Made by a program: the position numbers and the translations under genes. Shown piece after piece: positions 60,145 through 64,000 of a DNA stretch of 64,000 nucleotides. Each line of letters begins with the position of its first letter. Position 1 is the first letter of the stretch. The notes beneath the pieces were generated by a model. The model saw only the letters and a program-made list of their open reading frames with translations. It searched no databases and was not told where the DNA came from. The stretch comes from an uncultured Lachnospiraceae bacterium (lineage in GTDB: Bacteria > Bacillota > Clostridia > Lachnospirales > Lachnospiraceae), in NCBI GenBank assembly GCA_947626965.1, contig CANQUH010000002.1, positions 1 through 64,000 on the forward strand. The letters run 5' to 3'.

Positions 60145-60867
60145 CTAAGCGTCCTCAAGCGTAAAAGCCACCACCGCATAGGGCTTTTCCTCCAAATCGC
60201 ACAAAGACACCAGCATCTCCCGGCCCTGAGACAATACCACGGGAACAATTGTATCATTTACATATGCCTGCTTCCTGTACTCTACCCGAAGCCTTGATAC
60301 AAAGGCCCCCTCCGGCAGGTATTCCTCGGCCATCCGGATGTACTGCCCGTTATTTACGTGGTTGTTTGTATCAATCTGATATCTGTGAACCTGAAACGCT
60401 TCCTTTTTCTCTCCGCCGGTCGGAATTCCGATCTTCCTCGACAAATATTCCATATCCAGCTTCGGGTCCTGTCCATATCCGGAAATATGCTCCGGCAGTA
60501 TCCGGCACGGCCTTCCCGTCTGCCTGTCCATAAAGACCCAGACGCTGTTCGCCTTCGCCAGATATTCTCCGTCCCTGCCGATCAGGGCAAAATTTCTGTA
60601 TCCATAAAACCCTTTGAACGAATACGGCGCAGTCCATATCCGAACGTTTTCACCCAGCACAGGGTACCTCGCTATATCGATCTGCCACGAGAGAATCATC
60701 CATGCGTTTCCCTGCCCTGCCACAAAATCGATCCCGTATCCGCAGGACTCCGAATGAAACGTCGTGCAGTCCTGAAAATAATCTACCATAGAAACCAGCG
60801 TCAGTTTTTTGTCTGTACCGGTCTCACTGTATCGGATCCTGCTCTCAAACTCATAACTCATATCCAA
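60145..60867 (-). CDS. Acyl-ACP thioesterase
   Basis: MSYEFESRIRYSETGTDKKLTLVSMVDYFQDCTTFHSE... two hotdog folds; ...NNHVNNGQYI... Confidence 0.8.
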   Translation of the reverse strand: MDMSYEFESRIRYSETGTDKKLTLVSMVDYFQDCTTFHSESCGYGIDFVAGQGNAWMILSWQIDIARYPVLGENVRIWTAPYSFKGFYGYRNFALIGRDGEYLAKANSVWVFMDRQTGRPCRILPEHISGYGQDPKLDMEYLSRKIGIPTGGEKKEAFQVHRYQIDTNNHVNNGQYIRMAEEYLPEGAFVSRLRVEYRKQAYVNDTIVPVVLSQGREMLVSLCDLEEKPYAVVAFTLEDA

Positions 60868-60899
60868 TCAACCTTTCCGAAAATTTTTTCTATTTTCTC

Positions 60900-60933
60900 C
60901 TATGACAGAAAAAGAGTACCCTCCCGGGTACTC
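60900..60933 (-). terminator. Terminator of the tRNA-Gln gene.
   Basis: gagtaccc-ggga-gggtactc hairpin followed by TTTTTCTG on the minus strand. Confidence 0.6.
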
Positions 60934-60941
60934 TCTCTAAG

Positions 60942-61013
60942 CAGGGCTACAAGGATTCGAACCTTGAAATGACGGAGTCAGAGTCCGTTGCCTTACCGTT
61001 TGGCGATAGCCCT
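60942..61013 (-). tRNA. tRNA-Gln (anticodon CUG)
   Basis: Minus-strand sequence AGGGCTATCGCCAAACGGTAAGGCAACGGACTCTGACTCCGTCATTTCAAGGTTCGAATCCTTGTAGCCCTG. 7-bp acceptor stem. Anticodon loop ACUCUGACU. GGTTCGAATCC T-loop. No encoded CCA. Closely resembles Bacillus tRNA-Gln. Confidence 0.85.
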
Positions 61014-61032
61014 TTATTCACACGCAAGAGGA

Positions 61033-61061
61033 ATTATAACCCATCGCATGGAAAATTGCAA
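61033..61061 (-). promoter_or_regulatory. Consensus sigma-A promoter (TTGCAA, 17 nt spacer, TATAAT) driving tRNA-Gln.
   Basis: Minus strand reads ttgcaattttccatgcgatgggttataat, about 19 nt upstream of the tRNA 5' end. Confidence 0.65.
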
Positions 61062-61106
61062 GTACTTTTTTTAAATTTTGAAAAAAATTTTTTCTGCCGC
61101 TTTTTA

Positions 61107-61841
61107 TCAGGAAGCACGGCCGATATTTGCCTTGGCCTTGCCCTTTGCTCTCCTGCGCGCCAGCTCTTCTTTCCACTCTACCTGATAGACCAGACCATGT
61201 ATGACGACGCTCATCATAATGCCGCAGACGACATCCACAAGCGAATGCTGATCCAGGAATACGGTGGAAGCGCAGATGGACACCATAATCACAAAATGAA
61301 CGGCGATCGTAAGTTTTCTGTATTTCAGATCTCTGAGACTGCAGACCGCCTGAAATACCATGACCGTATTCATAACGTGAATCGACGGACAGACATTCGT
61401 AGGCGTATCAATCGCGCGCAGATAGCTCACCATATTATAGAGAAATCCTGTCTCATGCGCGCTGTTCGCAAGGCGGAGATTCAGTCCTGTCGGAAATACA
61501 TAGTAAATTCCAAGGCAGATCGTAAGTCCTGAAAATACCATCAGGCACAGCCTGGAGTAATCTTCCCAGCCCCGGTGCAGGAACCAGATAAACGCAAACG
61601 GTATATAGGCGAACCAGAATACGTACGGTATGATGAACTCCTCACAAAACGGGATCATCTCATCCAGTCTGCAGTGAATGATATACTTGGGTACAACATT
61701 TGCTTCCAGCCACGCAAAAGCTAAAAGATAAAAGGCCGTGTACACAACCGCAATCATAATCGGATATTTCCTGAACCAGTCCTTAATCCTTATCAGCTTC
61801 GCTTCCAGATTTCCTTCTTTCATTTCATTACTCCCCGGCAT
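61107..61841 (-). CDS. PAP2 superfamily phosphatase (membrane)
   Basis: Six TM helices. PAP2 motifs KxxxxxxRP-like region, PSIH, SxHxxxD-like (SLVDVVCGIMMS). Confidence 0.7.
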   Translation of the reverse strand: MPGSNEMKEGNLEAKLIRIKDWFRKYPIMIAVVYTAFYLLAFAWLEANVVPKYIIHCRLDEMIPFCEEFIIPYVFWFAYIPFAFIWFLHRGWEDYSRLCLMVFSGLTICLGIYYVFPTGLNLRLANSAHETGFLYNMVSYLRAIDTPTNVCPSIHVMNTVMVFQAVCSLRDLKYRKLTIAVHFVIMVSICASTVFLDQHSLVDVVCGIMMSVVIHGLVYQVEWKEELARRRAKGKAKANIGRAS

Positions 61842-62149
61842 AGCTATTTAAAATTTCTGATTACAGCATACCGCATTTCAGAAAAAATATACCCGACGTT
61901 TCCAAAATGCGGCTGTCTTACTGTCCGCTCCAAAATATTAACAGTAACGACTGACCCGGCAGGCATGTACAAATTTCCTCTTCCTCCGAGTCAGACACAT
62001 TTTAGCACCTTTCTCTTACTTTGTCATGATATTTCGATTTTTTTAAGAAATTTGTTTTCTCTGCGTCATATTTTCGTTTCTGCTACGTTATTAATAGATG
62101 TCAGGGCAATTATTTGAAGACATTTCAAACTTCTGGCCGAATACTTTTA

Positions 62150-62692
62150 TCACGCAAACCCATGGAAGCGCCGCAGCTGCCTCCGGGCGGCTGTCGCATC
62201 ATCAGAAAACATCCGAAGCACTGCGCTGCAGTTTACCTGTTTCCAGTCGTAATGCCCGAGATAAGTCTGATAGCTGCTCCACCAGTAATCCTTTACCTGT
62301 GTCACATACCCTTTCGACACAGGTAACGTATGAATTGCCCGACACTGGATCCTGACCTCTTGTTGAGATCTCAGCTTCCTCTTTTGTACGACTGCCAGCT
62401 TTTCTTCAGATTTGCGTGATCCGGCCGCTTTGCGGCCATCAATCGGCCGAAGCGCAAACTCTGAGATCAGCTGGCGAACTCCCCTATTAATCTCTGCCTG
62501 GGTATCAGCGCCCAGCATAAGGCAGATTTCCTCATTGGTGATACAGAAGGCGTATAGCTCAAGCTCATGCGCCTGCTGTACACCGAGGACAATATCAAGC
62601 AACTTTTTTTTGTCCCGTTCATCAGCAAGAACATTCGGACGCCCCTGTAAAACGTAATAATAGAAAGGCAGCTGCCCTGCAAGATGTGCCAT
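62150..62692 (-). CDS. IS200/IS605-like or RAYT-like Y1 transposase homolog (COG1943 fold) with the HUH metal-binding motif replaced. Probably a domesticated or inactive transposase-like protein.
   Basis: LPFYYYVLQGRPNVLADERDKKKLLDIVLGV...YAFCITNEEICLMLGA aligns to the COG1943 pattern ...HV..RG.....F.D..D...FL.......G....A.C.M.NH.HLLL, but NHxH is replaced by NEEI. C-terminal YWWSSYQTYLG matches the conserved WSSY tyrosine region. Confidence 0.5.
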   Translation of the reverse strand: MAHLAGQLPFYYYVLQGRPNVLADERDKKKLLDIVLGVQQAHELELYAFCITNEEICLMLGADTQAEINRGVRQLISEFALRPIDGRKAAGSRKSEEKLAVVQKRKLRSQQEVRIQCRAIHTLPVSKGYVTQVKDYWWSSYQTYLGHYDWKQVNCSAVLRMFSDDATAARRQLRRFHGFA

Positions 62693-62871
62693 ACCGGAAT
62701 CCCCCTTTAAAATGAAACTTGCGAAAACTGTATTACCTGTATCATCCCCGGTTCAGATACAGGATATCATATGTACATATTTTTTTCAATGATGTGCGTC
62801 ATTTAGTGTCATTTTATTTTATATATTACTGGCACCATTTTGTATGCAATTTTTTCCTTCTTCCCGAGGAT

Positions 62872-62918
62872 AAAAACAGGAGGAGAAGCAACGTTTTGTT
62901 GCTTCTCCTCCTGTTTTT
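62872..62918. terminator. Strong bidirectional terminator (18-bp perfect stem).
   Basis: aaaaacaggaggagaagcaac-gttt-tgttgcttctcctcctgttttt, with an A-run before and a T-run after. Confidence 0.8.
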
Positions 62919-62985
62919 CCTGGACACGGCAGCCCGCTCCATGCCTGCGTGCGAAGACAGACGCCGCAGCATATGCCATGCCTGT

Positions 62986-64000
62986 TTATCTTTCAGCAGC
63001 CGAGTAAGTCTGCCCAAATTCTTCGCTGTATTCATTTAAACGACCCATAATCCGTTCCGCTTCACTTCCGGCCGCAGGGGTCGGCTGATAATTATTATAT
63101 CCGCTTTCCGAACTGATGCTGCACGGGATAATGGATATTTCTCCGCTTTCCGCCGCTCCATCCTGACCAATCCTGAACTCCTGCTGGAATATCATCGTAT
63201 CCATATCAGAAGGGGAACTGTTTCCGCCAAAGCAGAAATTGGCAAGGCTGTAAACAATATATTTTCCGTTGTACTGCTCAATCCCCTGAAGCACATGAGG
63301 ATGATGTCCCACAACCAGGTCTGCTCCGCGGTCAATCGCGGTGTGGGCCAGCGACCTCTGTGTCTCATCAGGAGTCGTCGCCTTCTCGCTCCCCCAGTGG
63401 AACGCGACGATCACAAGCTCCGCGCCAAGCTGACGCGCCTGTGTAATGGTCTGCACCACCTGAGGCTGAACCTCCAGTCCTATATCCAGCACGTAAATTC
63501 CGATAAACGCCACCTGTACGCCGTTGACCTCGCGCATCACAATCTCATCGCCAATACAGTAGTCGATGCCAGCCTCTTTCAGCGCCGCCTTTGTATCCTC
63601 CAGGCTCTGTTCTCCGTAATCCTTACTGTGGTTGTTCGCCAGCGTCACAACCTCCACGGAGCCGTCTTTCAGAATCTCCGTGTAGGACGGATCCCCTTTA
63701 AACGCGAACTGCTTTGCCTCTCTCGCTGTGGAGTCTGTCAGCGTTCCCTCAAAATTGGCAAATGTCACATCGTCATTTCCGAGAATATCCTTCACATTCC
63801 GGAAGAAGTAATCATGTCCTTTCACCGAGTCAAACGCATTGAAACTGGTCGAAGCGTCAAACGCCTCGTCAGTGCCAAGCGTACAGTCGCCAATCGCGCT
63901 CACAAGAACCGACCGCTCCGTGCTGACATCAAACGTGCAGGTCTGACTCTCCATCCCGTCGGCGCTGACGAGAACCTCAGTGGTTCCCTCGCCGACTGCC
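62986..64000 (-). CDS. CapA/PGA_cap family metallophosphoesterase-like protein (poly-gamma-glutamate capsule synthesis family). N-terminus beyond the window end.
   Basis: VLVSAIGDCTLG...HWG.E....P......A...ID.GADLVVGHHPHVLQGIE.YNGK.IVYSLANF are CapA motifs. The reading frame stays open from 63954 to 64000 (AVGEGTTEVLVSADG upstream of the first Met), so the gene is partial. Confidence 0.75.
   Translation of the reverse strand, partial: AVGEGTTEVLVSADGMESQTCTFDVSTERSVLVSAIGDCTLGTDEAFDASTSFNAFDSVKGHDYFFRNVKDILGNDDVTFANFEGTLTDSTAREAKQFAFKGDPSYTEILKDGSVEVVTLANNHSKDYGEQSLEDTKAALKEAGIDYCIGDEIVMREVNGVQVAFIGIYVLDIGLEVQPQVVQTITQARQLGAELVIVAFHWGSEKATTPDETQRSLAHTAIDRGADLVVGHHPHVLQGIEQYNGKYIVYSLANFCFGGNSSPSDMDTMIFQQEFRIGQDGAAESGEISIIPCSISSESGYNNYQPTPAAGSEAERIMGRLNEYSEEFGQTYSAAER

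Overview
64 kb chromosomal segment, about 55% GC, from a spore-forming Firmicutes/Clostridia genome. Sporulation genes present: spoVG, spoVAA/AB and a SPOCS-LysM protein. Almost everything is core housekeeping on the minus strand. Replication: dnaX, replicative helicase dnaB, dnaD-like plus dnaI, and rplI-gdpP. Carbon metabolism: pfkA, glgC/glgD, malQ. Cell envelope: murC, plsC, PAP2. Aromatic and isoprenoid biosynthesis: aroA, ispE. Cofactors and redox: panE, trxA. Nucleotide metabolism and DNA repair: prs, rdgB, nfo, yhaO/yhaN. Also secreted S8 and C1 proteases, one tRNA-Gln(CUG), and a preQ1-I riboswitch in front of queT. Superimposed on this backbone are several accessory or unusual elements: (1) a stand-alone OLD-family ATPase-Toprim nuclease inserted between a relQ-like alarmone synthetase and the conserved gdpP-rplI-dnaB block; (2) a three-gene SPFH/zinc-ribbon membrane module (ydjI/H/G-like, no pspA) next to a small XRE regulator; (3) a cluster of at least 8 DnaA boxes in front of the dnaD-dnaI primosome genes; (4) at least four families of dispersed, hairpin-forming intergenic repeats (REP/BIME-like, modular) together with a degenerate RAYT/IS200-like tyrosine-transposase homolog that lacks the HUH motif; (5) a 61-bp minisatellite splitting the normally adjacent rdgB and yfcE-like genes; (6) a second yfcE-like phosphoesterase interrupted by an in-frame amber codon; (7) a large secreted Lys/Glu/Ala-rich protein with about 40 perfect 16-aa repeats and a Cys-rich C-terminal repeat domain. 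No CRISPR, rRNA, integrase or obvious prophage was seen. Many long ORFs in the six-frame track are antisense shadow ORFs of real genes, as expected for high GC, and were rejected.
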